DNA from: an uncultured bacterium
GTDB lineage: Bacteria > UBP7 > UBA6624
DNA length: 53,684 nt
NCBI GenBank assembly: GCA_964517115.1
Contig: CAZFBE010000003.1
Coordinates: 1-53,684 of the forward strand
Reading direction: 5' to 3'
Part shown: in pieces, positions 26,517 through 35,460 of the stretch
How positions within the stretch are numbered: the stretch's first letter is position 1
Layout: the number at the start of each line of letters is the position of its first letter
Made by a program: the position numbers and the translations under genes
The notes under the pieces: generated by a model
What the model saw: the letters and a program-made list of their open reading frames with translations, nothing else
Told to the model about the DNA's origin: nothing
Databases searched by the model: none

Positions 26517-28193
26517 ATGTATTCGTTTATTCTTTATTTTCTTTTTTTTGTTGACATGTTTAAAGAGGATTTTTCAATCATTCCAAGACCGAATGAAATT
26601 TCATTCTCAGACGAAGAGTTTTCTTTTGATGAAGATGTTAAATTTTGGGTTTGGGGAGGCAGGGCCTCCATGGAGTGGAAAGTTGCTCACGCTGAAGAAA
26701 GGAAAATAACAGAAGATGCTTTGGGTTATTTTTTAGATATTTTAAATATTGACTCAGAGATTTCTTTTGGCGGACACTGGTTGGGTGACCCAAAACCGCT
26801 TTCACTAAAAGGCCAGGAGTTTACACTGTCGGATCAGGAAAAACATAAGTTTGTTTATTTTGGTTGGATAGACGATGAATCTATTGGAAATGAAGGATAT
26901 ATTATTAATATCAATTCGCGCTATGTAGAAATTTTGTCAAACTCTCCTCAAGGTTTTTTTTACGCTACACAAACTATAAGGCAATTGCTCCCTTTAAAAG
27001 GTTGTCCCGCTGAAAGTTGCGTTCTGCCAGGTTTGAAGATCAAGGACAGCCCAAGATTCAAATGGAGAGGAATGCATCTGGATGTTGGAAGGCATTTTTT
27101 TAGCGTTGATGAAATAAAGAAGTTTTTAGACTTGTTGGCATTCTACAAATTCAATAATTTTCATTGGCATCTCACGGAAGATCAGGGTTGGAGGATTGAG
27201 ATTAAGAAATGGCCAAGACTTACTGATTTTGGTAGTTGTAGAGAAGAGTCTCCGAAAAAAGGAAACAGGAATGTTGGTGACGGTGTTGAGTATTGCGGTT
27301 TCTACACACAATCTGAAGTGAGGAATATTGTCAAATATGCTGAGAAATTATTTATAAACATTGTTCCTGAGATTGAAATTCCCGGACATTCTTCAGCTGC
27401 AATTGCTTCATATCCAGAACTTGGAAATCCAGGTGCTTCTGACAAGGTCATGACAAGGTGGGGTGTTTCAAATGGGGTTTATAACATCAAGAAAGAAACA
27501 TTTGATTTTTTGGAGGATGTACTTTCTGAGGTTATGGATCTTTTTCCTTCGGAGTTTATTCATATTGGAGGTGATGAGGCTCCAAAGGGACCTTGGAAAA
27601 ACAATCCGGATGTTCAGGAATTTATAAAACAAGAGGATCTTGGAGATGAGCATGGTTTGCAAAGTTGGTATATTAAGAAAATAGAATCTTTTCTTAATTC
27701 AAATGGCAGGCGTTTGATTGGGTGGGATGAGATTCAAGAGGGAGGACTTGCCCCAAATGCAGCGATGATGGTTTGGCGAAGTTGGCAATATGGAATAGAT
27801 GCTGCTAATAAAGGTCATGATATTGTTATGTCCCCAACATCTCATTCATATTTTGATTATTACCAGGGAGATCCAGAAACTGAACCGGAAGCTATTGGAG
27901 GATATCTGCCATTGAAAAAAGTTTACTCTTTTGAACCTGTTCCTGAAGAATTGCAAGGAGAGAAGGTTGATCGAGTCTTGGGGGCTCAAGGTAATCTGTG
28001 GACTGAGTACATCTATGATTGGGACAAACTAATGTATATGGCCTTTCCCCGGACTGCTGCAATGGCTGAAGTTGTTTGGACCTCCCCAGAGAAAAAAGAT
28101 TACGATAGTTTTTTAAAAAGATGGGAGCGCAGTTTGCCAAAACTTGATTCCATGGGTATTAGATATAGAAATTTATCGGAAGATGATTTTTAA
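26517..28193 (+). CDS. Beta-N-acetylhexosaminidase, GH20 family (alternative start 26496)
   Basis: RGMHLDVGRHF, FHWHLTEDQGWRIEI, VPEIEIPGHS, HIGGDE catalytic pair and GAQGNLWTEY; hydrophobic N-terminus. Confidence 0.96.
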   Translation: MYSFILYFLFFVDMFKEDFSIIPRPNEISFSDEEFSFDEDVKFWVWGGRASMEWKVAHAEERKITEDALGYFLDILNIDSEISFGGHWLGDPKPLSLKGQEFTLSDQEKHKFVYFGWIDDESIGNEGYIININSRYVEILSNSPQGFFYATQTIRQLLPLKGCPAESCVLPGLKIKDSPRFKWRGMHLDVGRHFFSVDEIKKFLDLLAFYKFNNFHWHLTEDQGWRIEIKKWPRLTDFGSCREESPKKGNRNVGDGVEYCGFYTQSEVRNIVKYAEKLFINIVPEIEIPGHSSAAIASYPELGNPGASDKVMTRWGVSNGVYNIKKETFDFLEDVLSEVMDLFPSEFIHIGGDEAPKGPWKNNPDVQEFIKQEDLGDEHGLQSWYIKKIESFLNSNGRRLIGWDEIQEGGLAPNAAMMVWRSWQYGIDAANKGHDIVMSPTSHSYFDYYQGDPETEPEAIGGYLPLKKVYSFEPVPEELQGEKVDRVLGAQGNLWTEYIYDWDKLMYMAFPRTAAMAEVVWTSPEKKDYDSFLKRWERSLPKLDSMGIRYRNLSEDDF

Positions 28194-29251
28194 TACTGTG
28201 GATTCCATTTTTTTCCAAGGATGCATTTTTCTTTAGCTCCTGTCAATTGTGGTTGGCTGATTTTTACATTTTTACTTGCCATTTTTGCCAGAAAGGCAAA
28301 CAGATAAGCCTCTCTTGAATCTTGAAGAGGGTCGATTTCAACTTTTATATCCTCTCCTAACTCCAATTGAAAAAGTTCCATTAGCCCTTTGTTAAAAATA
28401 CCACCACCTGAAAAATATGCTACAGATGGTTTTTTTTTGCAATTTTTTTTAATCCATTTTTTCAACTCTAAAACTATTCCATTTGCAGCTGAAGAAAGTT
28501 GATTTTCGATTTTCATTTTTCCAATCTCTGATAAAGTTTTTTTAAGTTCATTTTCCCATTCTGAAACATGGGTGCTTTTTGGAGGTTCTTTGTCATGAAA
28601 ACTGTTTCCAAATATTTGTAAGTTTCTTTTTTCAATAGTTCCTCGAAATGTAAGTTTTCCATGATTGTCAAAATTCATGTTTTCTTTTTTGCAGATTGAA
28701 TCGAGAAGATAATTGCAGACAGAGATGTCAGAGGAGATCATTTCTTTTTCAGATATATAGGTTGCGTTCATGATTCCTCCTAAATTGACTCTTAACACGT
28801 TCCCTTTTGTCCATTGATGTTCGTCTATTATGGATGCAAGAGGTGCTCCTTGTCCTCCCATTTTTATGTCGTTTGATCTGAAGTCACTCCAAACTGTCAT
28901 TCCTGTAATGTTTGAAATTAACTGGGGGTCACCAACCTGAAGCGTCCATCCAAGTTCTGGCTTATGTGCTGCTGTTTGTCCATGGAAACCTATTCCTTTT
29001 ATTTTTTCTTCTTTCATTATTTTTAATGCTGTTTTTGCAAAGTGATCTCCCATTTTCTTTTCCAGGGATATGTCTTTTTGAAGAGGGGTTGGATTCTTTT
29101 TTTGAAAATTTTGAAATTCTTTTTTCAACTTGGTTGGCCAAGGGTTGTTTATTTTCTTGATTATTTTTGGTTTTTTTTCAAAATTTATTAAAGCAGCTGA
29201 AGCAGCATCCATGCTGGTTCCTGAGAGCAACCCAATCCAAAGTTCATTCAT
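28190..29251 (-). CDS. anmK: Anhydro-N-acetylmuramic acid kinase
   Basis: GLLSGTSMD, GFHGQT, DFRSNDIKMGGQGAPL and NLGGIMN; overlaps murQ. Confidence 0.92.
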   Translation of the reverse strand: MNELWIGLLSGTSMDAASAALINFEKKPKIIKKINNPWPTKLKKEFQNFQKKNPTPLQKDISLEKKMGDHFAKTALKIMKEEKIKGIGFHGQTAAHKPELGWTLQVGDPQLISNITGMTVWSDFRSNDIKMGGQGAPLASIIDEHQWTKGNVLRVNLGGIMNATYISEKEMISSDISVCNYLLDSICKKENMNFDNHGKLTFRGTIEKRNLQIFGNSFHDKEPPKSTHVSEWENELKKTLSEIGKMKIENQLSSAANGIVLELKKWIKKNCKKKPSVAYFSGGGIFNKGLMELFQLELGEDIKVEIDPLQDSREAYLFAFLAKMASKNVKISQPQLTGAKEKCILGKKWNPQY

Positions 29252-30086
29252 TTTGGAGTATTTCTTCTAAAGTTTTGTTTTTTAAAAGGTTTTTTGCTTC
29301 TTTTGGACTGATTTTTAATTTTTTTATCAGTATTGATTTTTCAAGGCTCCATTTATTTTTTTTTAAGGTTTCTTCAGATTCTTTTTCGTTCATTCTAGTT
29401 ATTTTGCTAAGTATTCCTATAGCTCTATTTTTAAGTTTTTTATTTGTTGGTTTTATTTTTATCATTTTTCTCTCAAATACATTTCCAAGAATTACGAAAG
29501 AGGTTGTTGATATCGCAGTTAGGACAGACCTGGTTATGTTTCCTGAAGCCATTCTTGTACTTCCTTCAAGCCATTCTTTTTGAACAGGTGCTTCGATACA
29601 TATATCAGAATTTTTTTTAATTTTGCTATTTTCCTTGTTCACGATTGAAACCGTTTTACATCCAATTTTTTTTGCCTTTTTTAAAAAAGTATTTGTCCAA
29701 GGCGTGGATCCACTTGCACTTAAACCTATTACAAGGTCTTTTTTTTGGAGTTTGATTTTTTTTATGACTTCACATGCGTTACCTGAATCATCCTCACTTC
29801 CTTCAACAGCTTCATAAAATGCTTTTTTCCCTCCTGCAATAAGAGATTGAACCTTGGAAGGTTTTAATCCGAAGGTTGGAGGGATCTCAGCTGCATCCAA
29901 TGCGCCAATTCTTCCACTTGTCCCTGCTCCAACATAGAAGATTCTTCCATTTTTTTTGATTGAATCAACATATAGTTCAACAGCTTTTGAAATTTTTGAA
30001 GTCTTTTTTTCTGCTGATGCTCTATATTTGTTTTCATTCTGGAATATCTCTTTTAACGTCTTGTTTATTTTTTTATTTAAATTCAA
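29244..30086 (-). CDS. murQ: N-acetylmuramic acid 6-phosphate etherase (TTG start)
   Basis: GAGTSGRIGALDAAEIPPTF, AVEGSEDD, GLSASGSTP and GSTRM. Confidence 0.93.
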   Translation of the reverse strand: MNLNKKINKTLKEIFQNENKYRASAEKKTSKISKAVELYVDSIKKNGRIFYVGAGTSGRIGALDAAEIPPTFGLKPSKVQSLIAGGKKAFYEAVEGSEDDSGNACEVIKKIKLQKKDLVIGLSASGSTPWTNTFLKKAKKIGCKTVSIVNKENSKIKKNSDICIEAPVQKEWLEGSTRMASGNITRSVLTAISTTSFVILGNVFERKMIKIKPTNKKLKNRAIGILSKITRMNEKESEETLKKNKWSLEKSILIKKLKISPKEAKNLLKNKTLEEILQNE

Positions 30087-30121
30087 AATTTTTCTAATAG
30101 TAATTTTAGAATCAAATTATC
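30087..30121. promoter_or_regulatory. Back-to-back divergent promoter region for murQ and polX
   Basis: TAGAAT (+, 30107-30112) lies 9 nt before the polX GTG; TACTAT (-, 30097-30102) lies 10 nt before the murQ TTG. Confidence 0.45.
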
Positions 30122-31666
30122 GTGTCTAGAAGTTTAAACATAAAGGTCTCAAAAATATTATCAAGATTAGCGGATTCAAAAGAGTTGATTGGCGAGAACC
30201 CATTCAAGATAATTGCAATAAGAAAGGCTTCAAGGACTGTAAAAAATCTAACAGACTCTCTTGAGCTTGTTGGAGATTATCAAAAAATTCCAGGTATAGG
30301 CATTTCAATTTCAAAAAAAATATCTGAAATTGTTTTAACCGGAAGGCTGAAGGAGATGGATGAGCTTGATGAGAAAATACCCAAGTCTTTCTGGGATTTT
30401 TCCAGCATTAGGGGTCTGGGTGTTGGATCAATGAAAAAGCTTTTCAAGGCAAAGATTTTTAATTATGACAAGTTGAAAAATATGATTTTCCAAAAAGATC
30501 TTGATTTTTTTTCAAAAACACAAAATGAGAACATAAGAAGAGGAATTAAATTTCATGAAAAATACAGAGGTAAATTTTTGCTTTATGAAGGGTCTCGTAT
30601 CTTTTCAGAAATAAAAAAACAGAATCCTGATTTTCAATTCAAAAAAACAGGTTCCTTGGCAAGGTGTGATGAAATATTGAATTCTATAGAACTTGTTTGT
30701 GTCTGTGAGGAAGAGCCAAAAATCGACAAGATTATAAAAAAATTCAACGGAAAACTTGAAAAAGGTCTGATTAAAGGTTTTTTTGAAAAAAGAAATCTGG
30801 ATATTTTTTTATGTAAAAAATCAAATTTTGGAACAAGGTGCCTGGAGACTTCATCGCTAAAGGCTCATTTAGATGATATTGAATTGTTTGAATCTGATTC
30901 GGAAGAGAAAATTTATAAAATGAATGGTTACGACTATATACCCCCTGAGTTGAGAATCTGGAAGGCTTCTGAATTCAAGACAGGGGTTCCAAATTTACTT
31001 AGTATTGATGAAATTGATTCTGACATGCATATGCACACAAACTATAGCGATGGGATTAATTCGATTGAAGAGATGGTTGAAGCTTCGTCTAAAAAAAACT
31101 ATAAAAGAATTGCAATAACTGACCATAGCAAAAGTGCATCTTATGCTGGAGGTCTTAAAGAAGAGAAATTATTGAGTCAATGTTCTTATATCAAGAATAA
31201 AAAATGGGATATAGATGTTTTTGCTGGATCTGAATGTGACATACTTAATGATGGATCTCTTGATTACGATAATGAAATTTTAAAGAAACTTGATTGGGTG
31301 GTTGGAAGCATTCATCAAAATTTAGAGGGAGATCAGACAGAAAGAATTTTAAAGGCAATAGAGAATGAAAACATGGATGTTCTTGGGCACGCAACAGGAA
31401 GAAGGCTTTTGATAAGAGAGGGTTATTATGTAGACTGGAGTAGGGTTTTGAGCAAGCTTTCACAAACCAATATAGCTCTAGAAATCAACGCTAACCCTGA
31501 AAGGCTTGACGTCAATGCAACAGTTGCAAGAGAGGCAAGTAACTTAGGAATTAAACTGTCTTTGAATACTGATGCACATTCAATAAACCACTTGGATTTT
31601 ATGAAAATGGCTGTAAATCAGGCTAGAAGAGCTGGTCTCGATAAGTCATCTTTATTAAATTTATAA
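30122..31666 (+). CDS. polX: PolX-PHP protein with a degenerate polymerase site (GTG start)
   Basis: ENPFKIIAIRKA and HhH motifs (IPGIG, IRGLG); PHP motifs DMHMHT..SDG, TDHS, GSECDI, HATGR, EIN and NTDAH. Confidence 0.9.
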   Translation: MSRSLNIKVSKILSRLADSKELIGENPFKIIAIRKASRTVKNLTDSLELVGDYQKIPGIGISISKKISEIVLTGRLKEMDELDEKIPKSFWDFSSIRGLGVGSMKKLFKAKIFNYDKLKNMIFQKDLDFFSKTQNENIRRGIKFHEKYRGKFLLYEGSRIFSEIKKQNPDFQFKKTGSLARCDEILNSIELVCVCEEEPKIDKIIKKFNGKLEKGLIKGFFEKRNLDIFLCKKSNFGTRCLETSSLKAHLDDIELFESDSEEKIYKMNGYDYIPPELRIWKASEFKTGVPNLLSIDEIDSDMHMHTNYSDGINSIEEMVEASSKKNYKRIAITDHSKSASYAGGLKEEKLLSQCSYIKNKKWDIDVFAGSECDILNDGSLDYDNEILKKLDWVVGSIHQNLEGDQTERILKAIENENMDVLGHATGRRLLIREGYYVDWSRVLSKLSQTNIALEINANPERLDVNATVAREASNLGIKLSLNTDAHSINHLDFMKMAVNQARRAGLDKSSLLNL

Positions 31667-31675
31667 CTTAAACCC

Positions 31676-31681
31676 TAAAAT
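31676..31681 (+). promoter_or_regulatory. Putative -10 element TAAAAT 7 nt before the alaS ATG (leaderless-type spacing)
   Basis: Lies in the 22-nt gap; no SD present. Confidence 0.4.
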
Positions 31682-31688
31682 AATAGAG

Positions 31689-34211
31689 ATGTATTCATTT
31701 GAAATAAGAAAAAAATTTATAGATTATTTTCAAAAAAGGAATCATTTTGTTATTGAAAGTTCACCATTGCCTATAAACGGAGATCCAACCCTTCTTTTTA
31801 ATGCTGCTGGAATGGCTCCACTTAAGCCATATTTTTTAGGAATAAAGGATCCTCCATCTAGAAAGTTAACAAGTTGTCAGAAGTGCATAAGAACTATTGA
31901 TATAGATTCTGTTGGAAAGACTCCTAGGCATTGTACTTTTTTTGAGATGCTTGGAAATTTTTCTATTGGTGATTATTTTAAAGAAAGGGCAATTTATTTT
32001 TCTTGGGATTTTTTATTGGAAGAGTTGAATTTAAATAAAGATAATTTATGGGTTACTGTCCACAAGAAGGATGTGGAATCAGCCGAGATATGGACTAAAG
32101 AGATAGGCTTTCCAGAAGAAAAATTATTATTCTTAGATGAGGATAATTTTTGGTCAATGGGTCCAACAGGACCTTGTGGCCCCTGTTCAGAGATTTTTTA
32201 TGATTTTGGAGAGGACAAAGATCCCGGCAAGAATCCTGGAGATGACTCTGAACGCTTTATGGAAATTTGGAATTTGGTTTTTATGTCGAAAAACAAGCTA
32301 AAAGATGGATCTGTCGAAGACTTACCATCAAAAAATATTGATACCGGGATGGGCCTTGAAAGAGTTACTGCAGCAATCCAGGGGAAAAATAGTGTTTTTG
32401 ATACTGATATTTTTAAGGATTCATTAGATTTTTTGGATTCAATTTCAAGCAAAAAAAATACAGAAAGCAGAAGGGTTGTTGTAGATCACTTGAAAAGCTC
32501 TGCATTTTTAATAGCAGATGGTGTTGTTCCATCAAATATTGGAAAAGGTTATGTTCTTAGAAGAATTTTAAGACGAGCAATAAGAGCGGGAAGGATGTTG
32601 GGTATAGAAGAACCTTTTCTTAAAGGTTTGTTACCTAGTCTTTCAGCATATGAAGATGTTTATGATGGTTTAAAAAATAAAAAGAGTTTCATTTCAAATC
32701 TAATTGAAGGTGAAGAAGATTCATTTAGGAAGGCTGTGGGCAGAGGGGAGAGGGAGCTTGAGTCTAGATTGGATGAAATGGATGAAAAAGTTATACCCGG
32801 AGATGTTATTTTTGAAATGTACGACACTTATGGACTGCCTTTGGAAATTTCTGAAGATATAGCTTCTTTAAGAGGGTTGAAAATTGATAATGACGGTTTC
32901 CAAAAAGCTTTGCAGAAGCAGAGAAAAAGATCCCAATCTGACAGGGCTGAGAAGGGAAGTGCTTGGACTTATGCAGGAGGAAATGTTGAAACGATTAGAA
33001 AGAATACTAATATTTTGTCTTCTTCTGTAAAAGGCATTGCTTCCAAGGGTGAGAATACAAGAATAATACTAGACGAAACTTGTTTTTACCCCGAGGGTGG
33101 AGGCCAGATTGGAGATAGTGGGATTTTTTTAAATTCTTTAAATGAAAAAGTATTCACTGTAAAGAAAACTTTCTGGGATAGAGGTAATCTCATTCATGAA
33201 GGGAAGAAAAACAAAGAAATAAGCTTAGATGAAATTTTAAGCATCCAAATTGATGCTGAATCTAGGCGCGGATGCGAAAGAGCACATACAGCAACCCACT
33301 TGCTGCATTCTGCTTTAAGAGTTGTTTATGGCGATTCTGTTGTTCAGGCTGGAAGCCTGGTTGAGAAAGATAGGCTCAGATTTGATGTTACTTTGGAAGA
33401 TTCAATTTCTGATGATGATTTATTTAAAATTCAATCTATTGTTTCTGATTGGGTATTTTCAAATGCACCTGTTGATATTTCACATACTTCTTTAAAAGAT
33501 GCAAAGTCAATGGGGGCAATGGCTTTATTTGGAGAAAAATACAATTCTGAAAATGTAAGAGTTGTAAAAATTTCAGATTTCAGTATTGAACTTTGCGGAG
33601 GAACTCATGTCAGCAGTACTAGTGAAATTGGTTCTTTTATCATTACTAATTTTTCATCAATTGCGCAAGGGGTCAAAAGGTTCGAAGTTTCTACAGGGTC
33701 TCTTTCCCAAGATTTAGCAACAGGCTCTTACTCTTTGATAGACAAGCTTTCAAGTAGGTGGAGCATAAATAAAGACAATTTTGAAAACAAGATATCCTCC
33801 ATGGAAAAAGAATTAAAAGACTTAAAGAAAAAAATAAAAACTCTAAATGTGTCAAAAATAAAAAGCCTTCATGACGATCTAATCAAATCATCAAAAGAGA
33901 TAAATGGAGTTAAGGTGGTTTTTTCTAAAGATGTTGAAAAAGATATTTTGACTGACCTTGGAAAGTCTTTTTGTTCAAGGAAAGATGCGGTAGTTGCTTT
34001 TCTATGTACCAGTTCAGATGAATTTAATTATTGCATATCTCTTTCCAGAGATTCAATTAAAAACGAATTAAGCGCATCTTCTATCCTGAAGGGTGTTTCA
34101 GGTTTTATTTCTGGAAGTGGTGGTGGAAAGGAAAATTTTGCACAAGGAAGAGGAACAAACAGAAAAGGCTTAATCCCTTCTTTGAAGTCTATAGAAGAAA
34201 TATTGAAGTGA
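31689..34211 (+). CDS. alaS: Alanine--tRNA ligase
   Basis: HCTFFEMLGNFS.GDYFK, GPCGPCSEI, IDTGMGLER, editing HTATHLLH and ELCGGTH, C-Ala GGG. Confidence 0.98.
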   Translation: MYSFEIRKKFIDYFQKRNHFVIESSPLPINGDPTLLFNAAGMAPLKPYFLGIKDPPSRKLTSCQKCIRTIDIDSVGKTPRHCTFFEMLGNFSIGDYFKERAIYFSWDFLLEELNLNKDNLWVTVHKKDVESAEIWTKEIGFPEEKLLFLDEDNFWSMGPTGPCGPCSEIFYDFGEDKDPGKNPGDDSERFMEIWNLVFMSKNKLKDGSVEDLPSKNIDTGMGLERVTAAIQGKNSVFDTDIFKDSLDFLDSISSKKNTESRRVVVDHLKSSAFLIADGVVPSNIGKGYVLRRILRRAIRAGRMLGIEEPFLKGLLPSLSAYEDVYDGLKNKKSFISNLIEGEEDSFRKAVGRGERELESRLDEMDEKVIPGDVIFEMYDTYGLPLEISEDIASLRGLKIDNDGFQKALQKQRKRSQSDRAEKGSAWTYAGGNVETIRKNTNILSSSVKGIASKGENTRIILDETCFYPEGGGQIGDSGIFLNSLNEKVFTVKKTFWDRGNLIHEGKKNKEISLDEILSIQIDAESRRGCERAHTATHLLHSALRVVYGDSVVQAGSLVEKDRLRFDVTLEDSISDDDLFKIQSIVSDWVFSNAPVDISHTSLKDAKSMGAMALFGEKYNSENVRVVKISDFSIELCGGTHVSSTSEIGSFIITNFSSIAQGVKRFEVSTGSLSQDLATGSYSLIDKLSSRWSINKDNFENKISSMEKELKDLKKKIKTLNVSKIKSLHDDLIKSSKEINGVKVVFSKDVEKDILTDLGKSFCSRKDAVVAFLCTSSDEFNYCISLSRDSIKNELSASSILKGVSGFISGSGGGKENFAQGRGTNRKGLIPSLKSIEEILK

Positions 34212-34588
34212 AAAGAATTTTATCTTGTGATGTTGGTACTAGATTTCATGGTTTTGCCTTGTCAGACACTGCACAGAAAATTATAGTAAAAAGCTGGACA
34301 AAAGAAATTCAAGATTCTTCTTCAGCCCTAATATCTGAAGAGGCTTCAGCAAATGATGTTGAATTGATAGTTTTAGGGCTTCCTTTAAGGATGGTTGGGG
34401 GTGATTCAGATATGTCAATTCATGTTAGAAAAATTGCTAAAGAATTGAAAAGCGAAGGTTTTGAAATTGAGTTTATAGATGAAAGATTGACAACAGACAG
34501 AAGTTTAGACAGTATTCAAAGAAATGAAAGTTCAGCAAAAATTATTCTTGAAATGGCTTTGAAAAAAAAGACGTATCATCCAGATTGA
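34208..34588 (+). CDS. ruvX: YqgF/RuvX RNase H-fold nuclease (GTG start)
   Basis: DVGTRFHGFALSD, VLGLPL and IDERLTT; conserved alaS-ruvX adjacency. Confidence 0.88.
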   Translation: MKRILSCDVGTRFHGFALSDTAQKIIVKSWTKEIQDSSSALISEEASANDVELIVLGLPLRMVGGDSDMSIHVRKIAKELKSEGFEIEFIDERLTTDRSLDSIQRNESSAKIILEMALKKKTYHPD

Positions 34589-35460
34589 TTTAATATCAAC
34601 AATACAAAAAGAGCAATTGATATTGCACCAATAATTTTTTTAACACCTTCTTTTTGAATTGTTCCAAATATATACATGATTGTTCCAGCGACTGCCCACC
34701 ATATCATTTCAGAGTTGTTGGCAATGCTCATATTTCCCGAAATTGTTACAAAGGGCATGGCAACGAGAGGGTTGATTATGTTTGATCCAATAAGGTTGCC
34801 TGAAACCATTTCCAGATTCTTCTTTTTTATTGCTGCAAATGTAACTGTGAGTTCTGGCAAACTTGTTCCAAAGCCTAAAATCAATCCTGAGAAAGCTTCA
34901 GACCAGCCAAAATTTTTCGAAAGAGAAATCGCTCCTTCAACTGCCATATTCCCACCAATCCATAAAAGGAGGATAGATGCAGCTATGTTAAAAAATAATT
35001 TTATTTCTAATTTTCTTTCTTTTTTTATTTTTGTTTTTTTATTTGGGAATAGTGTTTTAGAAAAAAAGATATACAAGAAAATAAGTATTATTGATTCGAG
35101 TTGTGTTATTTCTGAGTTTAGGCAAAAGAAGTAAAGGATGATTGGAGCTATGACTGCTAGGTAGTTACTTATTTTTTTGTATTTTTTTTGATGAACCCCA
35201 AATATCAAAGCGATACCCCCTATAAGGAGAGCATTCGAGGAATTGCTTCCATAAACATTTCCAAGAGCGATATTTGCTTCATTTTCAATTCCGCTTGCAA
35301 TATTTGTAAATATTTCTGGGAGGCTTGTCATTATTGCTATTAAAGATAATCCAATAGTTAGGTTTGAGATTCCGAATTTTTTAGAAATTTTTTCAGAAGT
35401 ATTGATTGCTATCTCTCCACCAAAAATCAATAACACTATTCCAAAGATTACTTCAATCAT
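34576..35460 (-). CDS. Calcium/sodium antiporter (YrbG/CaCA)
   Basis: Alpha repeats TSLPE...GNVYGSN and GTSLPE...GNLIGSNI. Confidence 0.92.
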   Translation of the reverse strand: MIEVIFGIVLLIFGGEIAINTSEKISKKFGISNLTIGLSLIAIMTSLPEIFTNIASGIENEANIALGNVYGSNSSNALLIGGIALIFGVHQKKYKKISNYLAVIAPIILYFFCLNSEITQLESIILIFLYIFFSKTLFPNKKTKIKKERKLEIKLFFNIAASILLLWIGGNMAVEGAISLSKNFGWSEAFSGLILGFGTSLPELTVTFAAIKKKNLEMVSGNLIGSNIINPLVAMPFVTISGNMSIANNSEMIWWAVAGTIMYIFGTIQKEGVKKIIGAISIALFVLLILNQSG

